Below are positions 14,113 to 28,989 of a DNA stretch of 64,000 nucleotides, piece after piece. The notes under the pieces are model-generated. The model did no database searches. It was not told the origin of the DNA and was given only the letters and a program-made list of their open reading frames with translations. The stretch is from Camelus dromedarius. Lineage: Eukaryota. The translations under genes were made by a program, and so were the position numbers. How positions within the stretch are numbered: the first letter of the stretch is position 1; each line of letters starts with the position of its first letter. The stretch is taken from assembly GCF_036321535.1 (NCBI RefSeq), contig NC_087472.1, positions 93,932,001-93,996,000 on the forward strand, in the 5' to 3' direction.

Positions 14113-14614
14113 CTCAAATGTACAGTCTTTCCTCTTCTACCTTGTTAATCCAATCTTTATACCAGTAAGAGGTTAAAAAAAAAACCAAAACTTCTTTTAA
14201 GGCAAATAATCTTCCAAAGAGTAGATCTTTTCTGTTTTCATTTGCTTAATGTACTCCAGTTACATTTTTTTCATTGATTGCCTAAATGTTTTTCTAGTTC
14301 CCAGCAAGTGCCAGGTGTGAATAATGTGGTGGAAGTACATGATTTCCCTAGGTATACTCTAGTGGAAAACACAAGTAAATATGGATTATATTATAGAAGA
14401 TACATTTTGTGGTCTTTTTTTAAGCTACAGTAGTAACTCAAATGTTACCTATACCTCTTTGTAGTCTGTTTACTGGTCACTCCAGAGTTTGGCATATGAA
14501 GCCTTTACTTATCTTGGTCTACTTAGAGTTAAGAAGGTACCAATTTATGTAGATGCAGTCTCACAACAGGAAAATTCCACTTATTACCCCTTTTCTTTGT
14601 GGTCTTTTTTCTTC

Positions 14615-14840
14615 CCCTTTTTTAAATTGAAGTATAATCAGGTTACAACATTGCGCCAATTTCTGGTGTATAGCACAATGTTTCAGTCATATATGTACAT
14701 ACATATATTCTTTTTCATTATAGGTTACTACAGATATTGAATATAGTTCCCTGTGCTATACAGTGGAAACTTATTGTTTATCTATTTTATATATAGTAGT
14801 TAGTATCTCCAAATCTCGAACTCCCAATTTATCCCTTCTT
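14615..14840 (-). mobile_element. Young cetartiodactyl-type L1 3' end
   Basis: ttttaaattgaagtata..gatattgaatatagttccctgtgctatacag is typical of artiodactyl L1 3' UTR. Confidence 0.75.
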
Positions 14841-15039
14841 TGTGTTTTTTTGTCACATTTTATTTAAAAATTTTATTAAAAACTGGATGTTGAGATTATT
14901 CATTTTTCCTTTAATTTTCTTAAATGAGTTAAACTTTATATTTGGTAAAATATGCAAATCTTGAGCTTATATGGCAATGAATTTTACAAGTTACGTATCT
15001 TGTATACAAAATGCTGTTTAACATTTTTGCTTAAAAGTG

Positions 15040-16860
15040 AGTTATCTTTTTAATTTTCTAATTTTCCATTTGAAATCTTCTTTGATATATTGCTTGTGTG
15101 GTGAGGAGTGGTTTAATGTTCATTTATTTCTAAAATTTCCAAATTTCCATTGGCTTTTTTTAACAGCTTTCTTGAGATGTAATTGACAAAAAACTGCACA
15201 TATTTAATGTATGCAACTTGATGCAAAAATGTGTTTTCTACAGTTATAGGATGGAGAATTCTATACATGTCTTCTAGGGCTAGTTTTGCAGTCTTGTTCA
15301 TATCTTGTATATACTTGTTGATTTTTTCCTTTGACTTTTTGCTTAGTTTTTCTGTTCATTATTCAAAGTGAAGTATTGAAATCTACTAATATTGTGGATA
15401 AAGTACCTATTTTTCTGCTCAGTTTTGTCAATTTTTGCTTGAAGTATTTTGGGACTCTGTAGGTAGGGGTATATCTGTTTATAATTGTGTATCTTTGTGA
15501 TTGATTCTGTTATCATAAAATACATAGTAACAGTTTTGTTTTACTTTGTCTGATTTTAACATAGCCACTCCAGTTCTCTTATCATTGGTCTTTGAATGGT
15601 ATGCTTTTTCATTATTTTACTTTGAAAGTGTTTGCAACTTTAAATCTAATGCATGTCTTAATGTAGACAGGATATAGTTGCATCTTATTTTCTATTTAGC
15701 CTAATATTATTTTCCTTTGCTTAGATCACTTAGTCCACTCACATTTAATATTATTCTTGGTATGATTGTATTTATTTCTGCCTTTTTTCTATATGGCTCA
15801 TGACTATTTTTCCTTGTTTCTCACTAATTTCCTTTTATTATTTAGAAGTTTACATGTAACATTTTAATTTCTGTAACAATTTTAACCATATTTTGTGGTT
15901 ATTGTCTTAGTGGTTTCTCTATAATTTACAATAAAAACTTAATTTATTAGCATCTACTTCCTATTTACACAAAATTAATTTGTATAGAGCATTCTTATAG
16001 CTCCTTCATTTTTGTGCTATTATTATTATACATATTAGGTGTATGTATTTATATATGATACACATCCAACAATGCAGTGTTATATAATGTAATAATCATT
16101 TTATATAATCTTATTGCTGTTGAAAAAGCTAGAAGAAAGGGGAAAGGAAATTATATTTATAGATTTTATTTTATATTAAACTTCCTATGTACTATTTCTG
16201 AATCTTTTCATTTCTTCCTGTGAATTTGTGTTACCATTTGGTTTCATTTCTTTACTCCAGTATAGATTCATTCACAACTTACTCTTTTGTGTTCTTATTG
16301 TCAAGTACATGATCAGAATATAATTTTTTAGATATTGTTTTGTGCCGTTGTCTTATAAATCAATTATGATAAGAAAGGAACGTCATTATTTTAATTACAC
16401 TTTGTATTATCATTACCTACATAATTACTTTCACTACAGATCTTTGTTTCTTCAGTATGGACTTTGACTGCTGTCTGGTGTCACTCCTTTCATGCCGAAA
16501 GACTTCTTTTAGAATTTCTTATATTGCAGGATTTGTATCAACAAATTTTCTTTGCATGTCTCAGAGTTTTTGTTGTTAAAAACTAGACATGTTAAGTAAT
16601 ACTTTGTAGGAAATCTGGAGACTGAGTCCCCCACCTGGCTTCTTGTTGTTGTTGTTTGTTTTGTTGTTTGTTTGGTGACAAGGCTGGATTCATCATGTGA
16701 ATTTTGTTTCCAGTGTGTATCTTCTGATTCCTTTGCTCACATTTTTTACCTTTTAGCTTGGCTTCTTAGGAGTCCTTCCCTGACTGGTCAAATGTTGTAC
16801 GCATAAGCCCCTGAATCAAAAAGATATGGCTTAGAAACTACTTTCATGGTTCTGAGTTTA
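15040..16860 (-). mobile_element. Old L1 fragments (EN region, inter-ORF, 5' end); 16000-16560 is paralogous to 24900-25470
   Basis: Antisense L1 EN-like sequence (gtattgaaatctactaatattgtgga); colinear match to 24.9-25.5 kb. Confidence 0.65.
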
Positions 16861-17084
16861 AAATTACATCTTTTTATTTTATTATGGGAAAGAGTCTGCT
16901 CCATTTTTCTGGTTCTCCATGGATCCAGTTGAGAAGGTAGCCATAATTTAAATCATTGTTTTTATTTCTCAGAAGTTTTTGGTGGACATGCATTTGTTCA
17001 CTTCATTAATATTATTTCTATTTGATGTAGATGTCAAACATGTTTACTAATAAAAGTAAACATTCAAGTCAAAAACCTCAATAG

Positions 17085-17445
17085 CTTTTATGTCAATCCA
17101 GATTATTCCATTTGTGTAAATAAAATGAGAATTTATTTTATTGACACAGCAATAAAGCAAAGCAAAAGCAAAAATTTATAGCTGGTATGTCAACTGACAA
17201 AAGCCCCAAAATCAAAATTTTTATTTTATATTTAATTCATAAAGCTACCTGTACATATTTTACACAAATTAAAATAAAGCACATTCCCAAGCAAAATATC
17301 AAAATGGTTTATTATTGTTAATTGGTATCTTGTTACTTGGATAAAAAATTGAAGGAGAACAGTCAAAATCTCAGTAAATAATAATGAAGTGACACTTGTT
17401 TTGCCTATTGCAAAATAGTTTATATCTACAGCTGTTATATAACAT
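17085..17445 (-). pseudogene. Degenerate duplicate of part of the 4.2-6.1 kb EBLL
   Basis: Paralogous to 10160-10500 and 5220-5790 (aataatgaagtgacacttg..gcaaaatagtttatatctacag). Confidence 0.45.
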
Positions 17446-19649
17446 AATACCATTATGTTTTGGCACAACATAATCTATATTAGAAGTTATTTATATAAAT
17501 ACAGTAAATATCAGAACCAATCAATACCAATATATAGAATATAAAGAAAATAATAAGGGGATATGCATAAGGTTATCTGTAGGCTTCATGTATAAGTTTG
17601 GTATTTCAAATAATTATATAATGATAGGTTAATAAATGGGCTTAGCAGTTGCATCTAAGTATATACACAAACTAAGTAAAAAACTGACAGTTACTCGATT
17701 AAATATGCTTAATACTTAGTGCAAGTTAAATGCGTAACAAGACACTTTTTTGTCTTGATATCAGCTTTTTGAAGGGATATCAAATTACACAGGCTTTTTG
17801 TAGGAATTCATTATAGACACAGTTTATTTAATAATTATTGGACTATTGAGATTTCCTAAGATTTAAAAAAATTTCATCATTTCATGTACTTTCAAATTTA
17901 TTAGCATAAATTTTTAAGTAATAATATATATTTGTCTCCAGGATCTGTAGTGATCATCTTTTTTTCATTTATAGTATTGATAACATGTGTCTTTTGTTTT
18001 TCTTAAGTTTTGCAAGGAATTTTTAAATTGTTATTCCAGCTTTATTGAGATATAATGGACAAAAATTGTATATATTTAAGGTGTGCAACATGATATTTGG
18101 TATGTATTGTGAAATGATTACCACAATCAAATTAATTATTTTATTCTATTCAAAAAAAAATTCAGGATTTGTCAGTCTTCTCTTTTCATTAATTGATTTT
18201 AATTTTGTTTTGTCTTTAATTATTATTAGTGGTAATTTTTTTTTCAATTCCTTGAGGTAGATTATCAGATTTAAACATTTTAGCATTTCCACTTGTTCAA
18301 TTAAGGCTATAAAATTTCCTTTAGGCATATTTTGGTGCATCTTATATATTTTAATAACTTTACTGAGGTATAATTGATTTAAAATAAACTGCACAACTTA
18401 AACAGTATGTTTTGAGATACATATATCTATATATCTATATATATAGATATATGTATTTGTGAAACAACACAGTCAAGACAATGTAAATATCCATCTCACC
18501 CACCTTTCCTTGTGGCACATTCATATCCTGCCCAAACACTCCCCATTTTCTCTTGCTATGTACATTCTTGCACAAATCTTTATAAGGTCATATACTTCCA
18601 TTTTAGGGGGATAAACTTCAAAGAAGGGATTGCTGGATCACATGATTAGGGTATCTTAAAGTGATTTTACAATGTGATGAAATATTTTACAACATGATTA
18701 TACCACTTTACACCCCGCAGCGGTGTGAGTGTCTCAGTTGCTCTACATTCCTGCCAGTACTTGTTATAACCTGAAGCTCTTCTAATAAGCATAATAAGTG
18801 GTATCTCATTGTCACTCTGAATTGCTTGGGTGTAGCTAAGTTATAGTTCTTTCTGTCCTAGGCATTCCCAGTAAATGGAGAAGACAGATCAAAGGCCCAG
18901 TGTTAATCCTTTCCATTTATACTTTTGCATGTATGGTTACTTTTGTTGCCTGCTGAATTTTCTGTGTGAAATACTAGAGAGATAATTGTAGGCTCTAGGT
19001 GCTATTTCTCTTCCTCCAGGGCAAGTTTCTTTCCCTATTCAGAGGCAGTTACTACGGGAAGTTCCTTTTGATCTTGAGACCTTTTGAAACTTGGGTCTCC
19101 AGTCTTAGGAGGTGTTTTCTGTTTCTGGTTCTTATCGACAATTAGGACGTAGCCCCTCAGGGATGCCAGAAGAATCCACGAGGTTTGTTTTGTTTCTTCA
19201 GCCTTCCACCTTGCTGTGCCCTGAGCTCAATTTGTGTCCCCTAAGATGGTGAGAGCTCTCAAAGACCTGCTCATGTGCTTAGCTGCTCAGCCTCTACTTT
19301 CTGCTTCACATCTCAAGTTGTTTAATCACCTCTTTTAAATTAGTGATTACTTTGCAGCGGGGAGAGAGGTACCAAATTTAGACCTCACTACTTGGCTTTT
19401 CATCTTCTTGAAATCCTGTCCCTTCCATGCTTACTGCCCTGAGTTTATAATACCTTGAAGACACGTCTTTCACGTATTTCTAGCTCTCCCAGTTTTTCCC
19501 AGTAGGATGTTTGGGCTAGCTGACTATTACAAGAAACAGGTATCTTCTTCAAAACTATTTTTTAAAATAAGTTTCAGTTAGTAGGTGTTTTTTTTTCCTC
19601 CCATAGCCAGTTAATTCCAACTTCATATCAAGCCTATAAACAGTAGTAC

Positions 19650-20430
19650 TTTAAGTTTCTACTTTGAGGTTAGTTGTTCTTTCATTTGCAGTTGCAAGAA
19701 ATAATATAGAGCTATTCCAGTACCCAGTTTCTCCAAATTTTAACATCTTACAAAATTATATAAAATATCTCAACTAGGATGTTCACGTTTATAGTCAGGA
19801 TACAGAACATTTCAATCACCATAAGAATCCCCAGTGCTTCTCTTTCTTAGGCAAAACCCCCCTTGCCCCTTCATCCATTCCTGCCTTCTGGCAACTACTA
19901 ATCTGTTCTTCATTTCTTTAATTTTTCATTTAATGAATATTTTATAAGTAGAATCATTCTTTTCTGTGCACTTTCAGGTGGGCTTTTCTCTCTCAGCATA
20001 GATATCTGGAGGTTCATCAAGGTTGTTGATTGTGTAAATAATTTTTTGTTTGTATCGCTAAGGCGGATTCCATGCTATGGATGTACCACATTTTGTTTAG
20101 TTATTCATTCTTTTAAAGACATCTCAGAGTTTCCAGTTTTTTGGCTTTTACAGGAAAAGCTGTGATAAACATTTTAGTACATGTTTCCTTGTGAACATGA
20201 ATCTTCATTTCTCTGGGATAAATACTCAGAAGTAAAATTTCTGTGTCATATGGTGGTTACATGTTCAGTTTTTTAGAAACTGCCTAATTTTTTCAGAGTG
20301 ACTACATTTTGCATTACAGCAAGAAATGTATGGGTTTGTCTGCATCCTTGCCAGCATTTTATGGTGTAACTCTTTTTATTTTAGCCATTCTAATAAGTGA
20401 AGTAATAACTCATCATGATTTTAATTTGCA
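19650..20430 (-). mobile_element. L1 3' region inserted into a duplication unit
   Basis: tctggcaactactaatctgttct..ggatgtaccacattttgttt..ttagccattctaataag are L1MB/MC-type 3' motifs. Confidence 0.75.
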
Positions 20431-21679
20431 CCTCTTCTGAGAGTCAGTCTTTTCAAATGCTTGCTTCCTTGGGTTTGTGGTGCCTTCAAACAAAATCTTT
20501 AATACCGTCCAGCTTTCCTATTTTTTCTCAGCAGGATGATTGAGCTAAAAAAGGCTAGTGTGCAGTTAGTGGAAGTGTTTATCTTACAAACACTAGTTAT
20601 TGAAATATTTTTGGATCTGCATGTTTTTTATTTTATAGAAAATTTGTATTAACTATATGCTCATAAGGTAAACAGTTTTTGTTAAGGCAAATGATCTTCC
20701 CCAGGAGTTCATCTTTTTCCTTACCATTTCACATAATTTATTTCAATTCAGATATTTCATTGATTCAATAAATTTTTCTTCAGTTTCCAAACATATGCCA
20801 GTTACTATGTGATGGTGGTACTCATTGAGGTACAATCTAGTGGTAAACAAACACAGTAAATAATAAACATATTACAAAAGATAAATTTTGGAGCAATTCA
20901 TTATACAGCTATAGTAACCCAGATTCCTACCTATACCATATTTATTAATTGTTGCTCTAGGGACTGGCATAGGAATCTTTACCTAATCCTGGTCTATTTG
21001 GAGTTATGATAGTACCACTCAACGTGCATGTATTCTCACAATACTTCATTTCCTTTAATCCTTTTCTTTTCCTTTGTCATGTTTCTGGTATGACAAATAT
21101 ATTCTTGTCATATATTTTACAGATACAATTTACCACTTTTGCTTCATAGAGATGTATTTCAAAAATAGAGAAAAATTGTCTTATGTTTACCCACGTACAC
21201 GTATTTTCCCTCTCTAGTTCTCTTCAATCCTTCTTGTAGTTTTAAATTTCCACAAGGTGTCCTTTCTTTTCAGCCTGTAGACTTTGCTTTAGCATTACTT
21301 GCATTACAGGTTGTCTGGCAACAAATGGTCTCAGGTTTGATTGTGTGAAAGCGTCTTATGTCATTCTCAGTTTGGAAGGATAATGTTGATGGATATAGAA
21401 TTCTGGATTGACAGCTGTATTTTTTCTTTCAGCATTGGAAGATGCTGCCCCCATTTTCTCCGGGTCTCCATGGATTCTCTTGAGAAGGCAGGCATTATTT
21501 AAGTCCTCATTCCCAGGTAGGCAATTCATCTTTATTTCTCTGGCACTTTTGTTTTTCATTCTTTGGCTCTTAGCAGTTTAAGTATGATGTACCCATGTGA
21601 ATATCTGTTCTGATTTAACCTGCTTTGGTTCTATTGATCTTGGATCTATAATTAGACATTTCAAAAAATGGGGAATTTT

Positions 21680-24600
21680 AAATTTTGGTTTCCATACATT
21701 CATACTGGTATATAAAAATATGATGGATTTTTTTTATGTGTTTGATCTTATATCCTGCAACCTTGATGAAGTCATTTTATTTTAGGAGGAGTTTTAGTAG
21801 ATTGCTTAGAACTTGGAACATAGACAATGATGTCTTCTGCAAATTGGGATAATTTAAGTTCTTTCCAGTATGCATGTGTATTATTTATTTTTCCTGGTTT
21901 TAGTGGCAAGACTTTCCAGTGTTATGTTTAATCGAGCGGTGAGAATAGATTACTTTGCTTTGTTCCTGATTAGAGTGAAGGTATTCAGTCCTTCACCATT
22001 AAATGTGATGTTAGCTGTAGCTTTTTTTTAAGACGCTCTTTACCAGGTGGCACTAGATAGTCTCTATTGATAACTTGCTGAGGTGTTTTTTTTTTTTTTC
22101 TATCATAAATGGTCGTTGGATTTTTTCAAATGCTTTTTCCATGTTGGTTCTTATGATCATGTTTTTTTATTCTTTATCCTGGTGATATGGTGGTTTACAT
22201 TGATTGAATTTTGAATGTTTAACCAGTTTTGCCTCCCTGGAATGAATCCCATTTTGTCATGATGCATAATTCATTTTATTCATCATTGCATTCAGTTTAC
22301 GAATTTATTGAGGATGTTTGTGTCTACATTCATATGAAAGATTGTCCTACAGTTTCCTTTTATTTCACTGTATTTGTCTATTGTTGGTATCAGGATAGCA
22401 TTGGCCTTATGAAATGAGTTGGAAAACATTTCTTTCTCTCTGGGTTGTCTGTTTTGTCTTGATTGAGTTATGGCATTTGTGGTTTTTGAGGAATTGATCC
22501 ATTTCTTCTACATTGTCAAATTTACTTGTGGAAAGTTGGTTGTAGTATTCCCTTTTAACTTCCAATGGCTGTAATGTCTATAGTGCCAGCTTCTCTTTCA
22601 TTTCTGATACTGGTGATTCGTATCTTCTCTCTCTCTCTCTCTTTTATTTAATCTTTGTCAGTCTTGCTATACAGGTTGACCAATTTTATTGATTTTTTTC
22701 AAAGAAGCAATTTTTGTCATTGGTTTATATGTTGTTTTCTATATTTTCAGTTTCATTGTTTCCTGCTGTTCTTTTATTATTTCCCTTCTGTGTACTTTGG
22801 TATTACTTCACTCTTCTTTTTCTAGTTTTTAGCAGTGTTGACCTATGTAATTGATTTGGGGCATTTCTTCTTTTTTAATGTAAGCCCTTCTTACTAAAAA
22901 TTTCCCTTTCAGCACCAGTATAGCTGTGTCCCACACATTCTGTCTGATATGTTGTATTTTCATCTTCATTCAATACTGTGTATTTTTGCAGTTTACCTTT
23001 AGGCTTCCTCTTAGGCCATAGAGTATTTAGAAGAATGTTTTTAAATTTCCAAGTGTTGAGAGGTTTTCCTGTTGTTTTTCTGTTACTGATTGCCAGTTAG
23101 ATTCCACTATGGTCAAATAACACACTCTATGATTTCCAGCTATCTTTCTTTTATTGATTTCTAGTTTGGTTCCATTATGGTCTGACAGCAGACACTGTAC
23201 GATATCTATTCTTTTAAATTTGTTAACATGTATTTCACGGCTCAGAATGTGGCCTATCTTGGTGAATGTTCTATGGGAGCCTGAGCAGATGTGTATTGTG
23301 ATGTTGTTGGAGGTAGTCTATTGATGTCAATTATATCTAGTTGTTTGTTGGTGCTGTTGAATTCAACTTTGTCTTTACTGATTTTCTGACTCCTGTATCT
23401 GTCCATTTTTGATAGAAGGGTATTAAAGCCTTCAACTATAATGATGGATTTACTTATTACTCCTTGTAGTTGTATCAGCTTTTTCCTCATGTATTTTGAT
23501 ACTCTGTTGTTAGGTGCATACTAATTAAGGATTGGTATGTCTCATTGGATTATTGACCCCTGTATTATTATGCAATGCCCCTCATTATCCCTGATAATTT
23601 TCCTTGATCTAAAATCTGCTGTGTATGAAATTAATGTAGCTACTCTCACTTTGTTTTGATTAGTATGAGCATGGTATAATTTTCTCCATTCCTTTATTTT
23701 TAATTTACATGTTTCTGTGTATTTTGAAGGAGTTTCTTGTAGACAACATGTAGCAGGGTCTTGTTTTTTAATTCCCTCTGGCAATCTCTGTTGGCGTATT
23801 TAAGTCATTGATGTTGAAAGTGATTACTGATATAATTGGGTTAGTATCTACCATATTTAATGTTGTTTTCCATTTGTTACCCTTGTAATTTGTTTCTGTT
23901 TTTTACTTCTGCATTTTTTTCTGCTTTTCTTTGATTTTTAAAAATTTGCTTCCAGTTTTATTGAGGTCTAATTGACAAATAAAAATTCTGTATATTTAAG
24001 GTGTATGGAATGATGTTTTGCTACATATAATCATTGTCAAATGGTTATCACAATCAAGCTAATTAACATATCCATCACGTCACATAGTTACCTGTTTTTT
24101 GTTGAGAACACTTATGATTTATTTTCTTAGAAAATTTGAAAAATATAATACTATATTAGTAACTATAGTCACCTTGCTGTATAGGAACTTATTGTACCCT
24201 TTAACCAGCATTTCCCCATAGTCCCCACCCCCTGGCCCCTGGCAGACACCATTCTACTCTGCTTCTATGAGTTTGACTTTTTTATATTCCACATAATAAG
24301 CATGGTTTAATTGAGCATTGTATACATTCCATTTTCTCTCTTTTCTTAGCATATTAATTACATCCTTTTTACTTTTTTTTAGTGGTTGCCCTAGAGTTTG
24401 CAATATATGTTTACATATAATCCAAGTCTGCTTTCAAATAACACTATACTGCTTCATGGGTAGTGCTGGCTCTTTATGATAATAAAATAGTCCAAAGTCC
24501 TTCCCCCCACCCCTTGTATCATTGCTGTCTTTCATTTCACTTATACACAAGTATATGTTAGCATATGTATAAAAAAAATGCGTATTAGAATACATTGTTA

Positions 24601-26900
24601 TTATTATTATTTTGAACAAGGTGTTATCTGTTATACCAATTTAGAATAAGAAGAATAAAAGTTTTTATTTTACTTTTGCTTATTTTTTTTTTGATGTTCT
24701 TCCTTTCTTTATGAAGATATGGACTTCTGACCTATTTCATCTTTTTCTTCTGTCTAAAGGACTTCCAGTGTTTCTTGCAAGGCAGGTCTACTGGCAACAA
24801 ACTCCCTCAATTGTTGTTTGCCTGAGAAGCTTTTATTTCTCCTTCACTTTTGAAAGCTAAATTTCACATGGTACAGAATCTTAGGTTGGTGGTATAATAT
24901 AGAACCTTTACTGCTATAAAGCTCCATTCCCACTCACCTTTATTGTGCTGTTGTTTTGTACATATTGTGCCCATACTTGGTACACACGAAGCAATACATT
25001 GTTATAATGTTTCTTTATGTATGTTTGTATCTATTAAAGAGTCTAGTTGAGAGGAAAGCACAAATATATTTATAGAGCTTATTTTATTTTTTATTAAGCT
25101 TCTTAGGTCCTATTTCTTCCTGTGAATTGTGTTACCATCCGGTTTCATTCCCCTACTTGTATATTGCTTCATTCACAACCCTCTCCTTTGTGTTATTATT
25201 GTCAAATATATTGCATTTGTGTGTTATATGACTAAAATACAGTTTTATAGATATCATATTGTGCACTAGTCTTTTATATCAGTTATGATAGGAAGGGAGC
25301 ATCAGTATGTATTTATATTTTGTTTATCATTATCTACATAACTGCTTTAACTAGAGATCATTGTTTTTTTCCATATGAATTTTGTATTTTATAAATCTGG
25401 TGTTACTTCTTTCATGCTTAAGAACTTCCTTTAGAATTTTTTGTATTGCAAGATTTATAACGCAAATTCTTTCAGTTTTTGTTTGGGAGTGTCATTTGGA
25501 AAGATAGCTTTACTGGATACAGGAATCTTGGTTGTCAGTTTATTTTTTTCAGCCCTTTGAATATGTCATGCCATGGCATTCTGGCAGTATTTCTGTTGAC
25601 ATGTCAGCTGTTGTTCTTACTGATGTTTGCATGTACACGATGACTCACTTTTCTCTTCCTGCTTTCTATATTTTGTCTCTGCCTTTGCTTTCATTGTTTT
25701 GACTGTGATGTCTCTTGATGTAGTTCTGCGTACATTCATGCTCTTTGGAGTTTGGTCAGGTTCTTGGTTGTATAGATTAGTGTTTTTCATCATATTTGGA
25801 GAGTTTCCAGCTATCATGCCTTCAAATTCTGTCCCACTCTCTCTTCTTCTGGCACTCCCATTATGTGTATGTTGGTACTCTTGTTGGTGTTCCATATTTC
25901 TCTTAGCTCTGTTCATGTTTCTTCATTATTTTTTCTTTGTGTTCTGCAGATTATATAATTCCTGTCGATTTATTTTTCAAGTTTGCAGATTCATTCTTCT
26001 GTCATCTCAAATCTACTTTTGAGCCTCCCTGGTGAATTTTTCATTTTTGTTTACTATAGTTTTCTACTCCAGAACTTCAATTTGCTTCTTTAAAAAAAAA
26101 CAATTTCTAGGTCTTTGTTGGCATTCTTGACCAAGTGTTCACAATTTTCCATTTCTTACCCTCTCCTCTGTCTTCACAATATGTCATTCAGACTTTTCTT
26201 ACTTACCAGGCCCTGAACTATGCTTTTCCCTAAGCCTGAGCAAGCACCAGAAGAAGAAAAAAATGGAGCATTCCCTTTTATCAGTTTATCCTGGGAACTG
26301 GCTGACCACAACGTGACCATTTTCTTGTCAGATCTCACTGGTCATTTCCCCACTTCTTCCAGAGTGATACCTCTGCTCTGTAAGTGGGCACTGGTAGGAA
26401 AGGATGGTAGCCCCAGATCTTCTTGGTTTGCCTCTCTCTGCCCAGTAAGCCAGACACAGAGAGAGAAATGATCAAGGCCTGGTATCATCAGCATGTTACA
26501 CCTGAGGCAGAAGAGTCCTTGCTGCATGAGTGGAAGCTGGGTGAGGGAAGTGCACCCCAGTCATCTTGACTCTGCTTGCCTGGAATAGAATTTCTGCAAC
26601 AAGGAACTTGTAGGGAAGGTGGTAAATGAGAGACACGGGAAGCCTGACCTTCTTTGGTGAAATTGGAGCCCACACTGGTTGCTGGGAGGAGAGAGAGTGG
26701 CTACACCAGCCTGCAGTAGAGATTCTGTAACACAGAGCTGGGGGGAAGGTGTGTGAAAGCTGACCATAGCTCCAATGTCACAGATTCCTGATGTTCTTAC
26801 CGAAGTTTAGTGAATTACTTTGAATACTTTTTTTTACATTTGCTGTATGCCCTTATGTTAATTTCCAGAGACTTTAAATTATATATATTTAATCCTCACA
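21680..26900 (-). mobile_element. Large decayed L1: ORF2 endonuclease (23250-23790), ORF1 (~25500-26100) and 5' region
   Basis: ORFs DPATCCLQETP..KIKEWRKLYHAHTNQ and GFNTLLSKMDR match L1 APE endonuclease; EGMIAGNSPNMMK..QTP matches L1 ORF1. Confidence 0.9.
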
Positions 26901-26909
26901 CATCCTCTC

Positions 26910-27355
26910 CTGAGGTCTGCCCCTCCAGGTTTAGAGTAACTTAGACAGACAATGTATGCTCTGGTAAAACTGTGATAGCTCTTAGCATATTACAGTGAGT
27001 TACCATAAATGTCATTAACACTTTCACAAGCTGGTCATTTAGTATTACCTGGCGTGGTAGGTAGAGAAGAAATGTTACAGGCTGGCTGTTACCCCTTTCC
27101 TTTACAACAGACGAAATTAGTCTACAAGTATTAGTAATCAGGGAAGTGGGAAACTGTGATGAAAAGGGAAGGTATAGTGATGGGAGGTGATAAAAGGAAT
27201 TTATCTTCCTTGTTCTTTTGGGATTCTAACAGTGTTTCATTCTCCACCTGAGTGGTGCTTCTACAGCTACATTCTCTTTGGCTAACTATGTTGATCTTGG
27301 TTAGCTGGTATTTTTGCACTGTTCTCCATTTGTATCATGCTTTGAAGGATAAATA
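26910..27355 (-). pseudogene. Duplicate of EBLL 4500-4920 (PRNTase region)
   Basis: Nucleotide paralogy (ctggtaaaac, aatgtcattaac, gttacaggct, tgctttgaaggataaata); ETLLESQKNKED~DYLHSFSKSSDD. Confidence 0.65.
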
Positions 27356-28179
27356 TACACAACATATAAATACAATCAATATAACCTAGAAGAACAAGGG
27401 CTTGGTCATCACCCTATTTTTGATGTGTTCCTCTGTGTGCGTCGATGTGCGTGCACACGTGTGCTCGCATGTGTATGTGTGTGTGTGTTTTCCTGGGAGG
27501 AAGCAGGGTGATATAATTGGAGAAGTGTGTGTATGGGATCCACAAAGCATTGTGGTTGTTTGTTTGTATAAAAAACTTTCACATAGCAACAACTGTATTC
27601 TGAACTTGACTTAACATACAAAGTTAGAATGGCAATTATCCTTAAAATTAACTCATTAAAAAGTCTAAATGTCGTATTATAGATACGCACTATCTGAAAT
27701 TCCAGAAGCGATTTGAGCAAGTAACAGATACTACTACCCATCTTTCGACAGATCCTAAAGGTAACGTCCTCTTTCAGGTGGAAGTACATTTGTTCACTTC
27801 ACTAATAGTCTTTACGTTTCATACATATGTCAAATATATAGTTTACTAATAAAATATTTCAAAAAGTAGCTTCATTTCACTGGACTTCTACCCTACATAC
27901 TCTGTTGTGTCCAGATTGTTTTGCTAAGTGTAATAGCTGTAGTTGTTTGTAGGATGAGTTCATGTTTTGCTTTCTGTGCCTGATATTTTATTGCATAAAT
28001 ATTCCATCATATGAATATTTATCTGTTCTATTGTTGCCCGCTATTTGAATCGTATCCTGTTTGGGGCTACTTTGATAAAACTTCTTTATGCGTTCTGGTA
28101 CATATGTCCTGTTGATTATATGCACTCATTGTTTTAAGATACATACCTAGAGTGGGGTTGGTGAGTCACAGGGTAGACA

Positions 28180-28960
28180 GAGAAGGTATAAGTTTAAAAA
28201 AATTCTTGAGGTTTTACCATCATTAAGGGCCTGGATGTTATACTTAGTTAAATGAGTCTTCCTTTTTTGACACCAACATGGCCAGAGGATATTTTTTTGT
28301 CTAATTTAGTGAAAAGTGGTGGAACATACTTAGGATTTTATGCATGGTGTTCAGAGTATAGACAGTGAACAATTTTAAATGGGCAGTGGAAAGCCCAGAG
28401 AATACAATTTTTTTGGTCTCATATTGAATACAGGTTGTTAAATGGTTATATTTCCATAAAACAGAGAAGCAAGAGTGGTGTTTGGGGATTCATTTCCTTC
28501 ACATAATGTGATAACAGAATTGGTGCAAAAATCTCCTTACATTATATCTCTTGATTATTCACTTTTGCAAGCAGGTTAGGCAATGTACTCTTCATGTGAT
28601 ACCATTTTCTTCCTTGACCTTAGATTTATAAGGGTGGTGTTACAGTCACCTGCTATTTGATTATGGGTGCCAGATTCTACCATTTATAGAAACAATACAA
28701 TGAAAATAGTGTCAGTCACAGAAAGCAGGGTTATTGAAAGAATATCATATTTTGTTCTATTAGGAAAAAAACATGACCTACTCTCAGCATCAGAGCACAC
28801 TTATATTCATCAGGAAACACTTAATGTGATCAGAGTCCACATGTTACAGGCTTAAAGAAGTATTCACTGTCATTTAGCTTTGCTTAGTGGATATCTGAAT
28901 GAAGTGATAGAGTCGAAATGTCTAAGAATTGGAAATATTGAGGGTAACACCAAAAAGAAA
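28180..28960 (+). pseudogene. EBLL fragment, N-terminal RdRp region up to motif A
   Basis: KKILEVLP~KKLLQLDP (~28200); SEY..NGQW~AEF..NAKW; LNTGC~LLPGC; SIKQRSKSGVW~SIKNARELGRW (~28455); ccatttataga=PF/YR~PFYR (~28680). Confidence 0.7.
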
Positions 28961-28989
28961 AGAGTATTATTTAAAGAGGAATGGAAATA

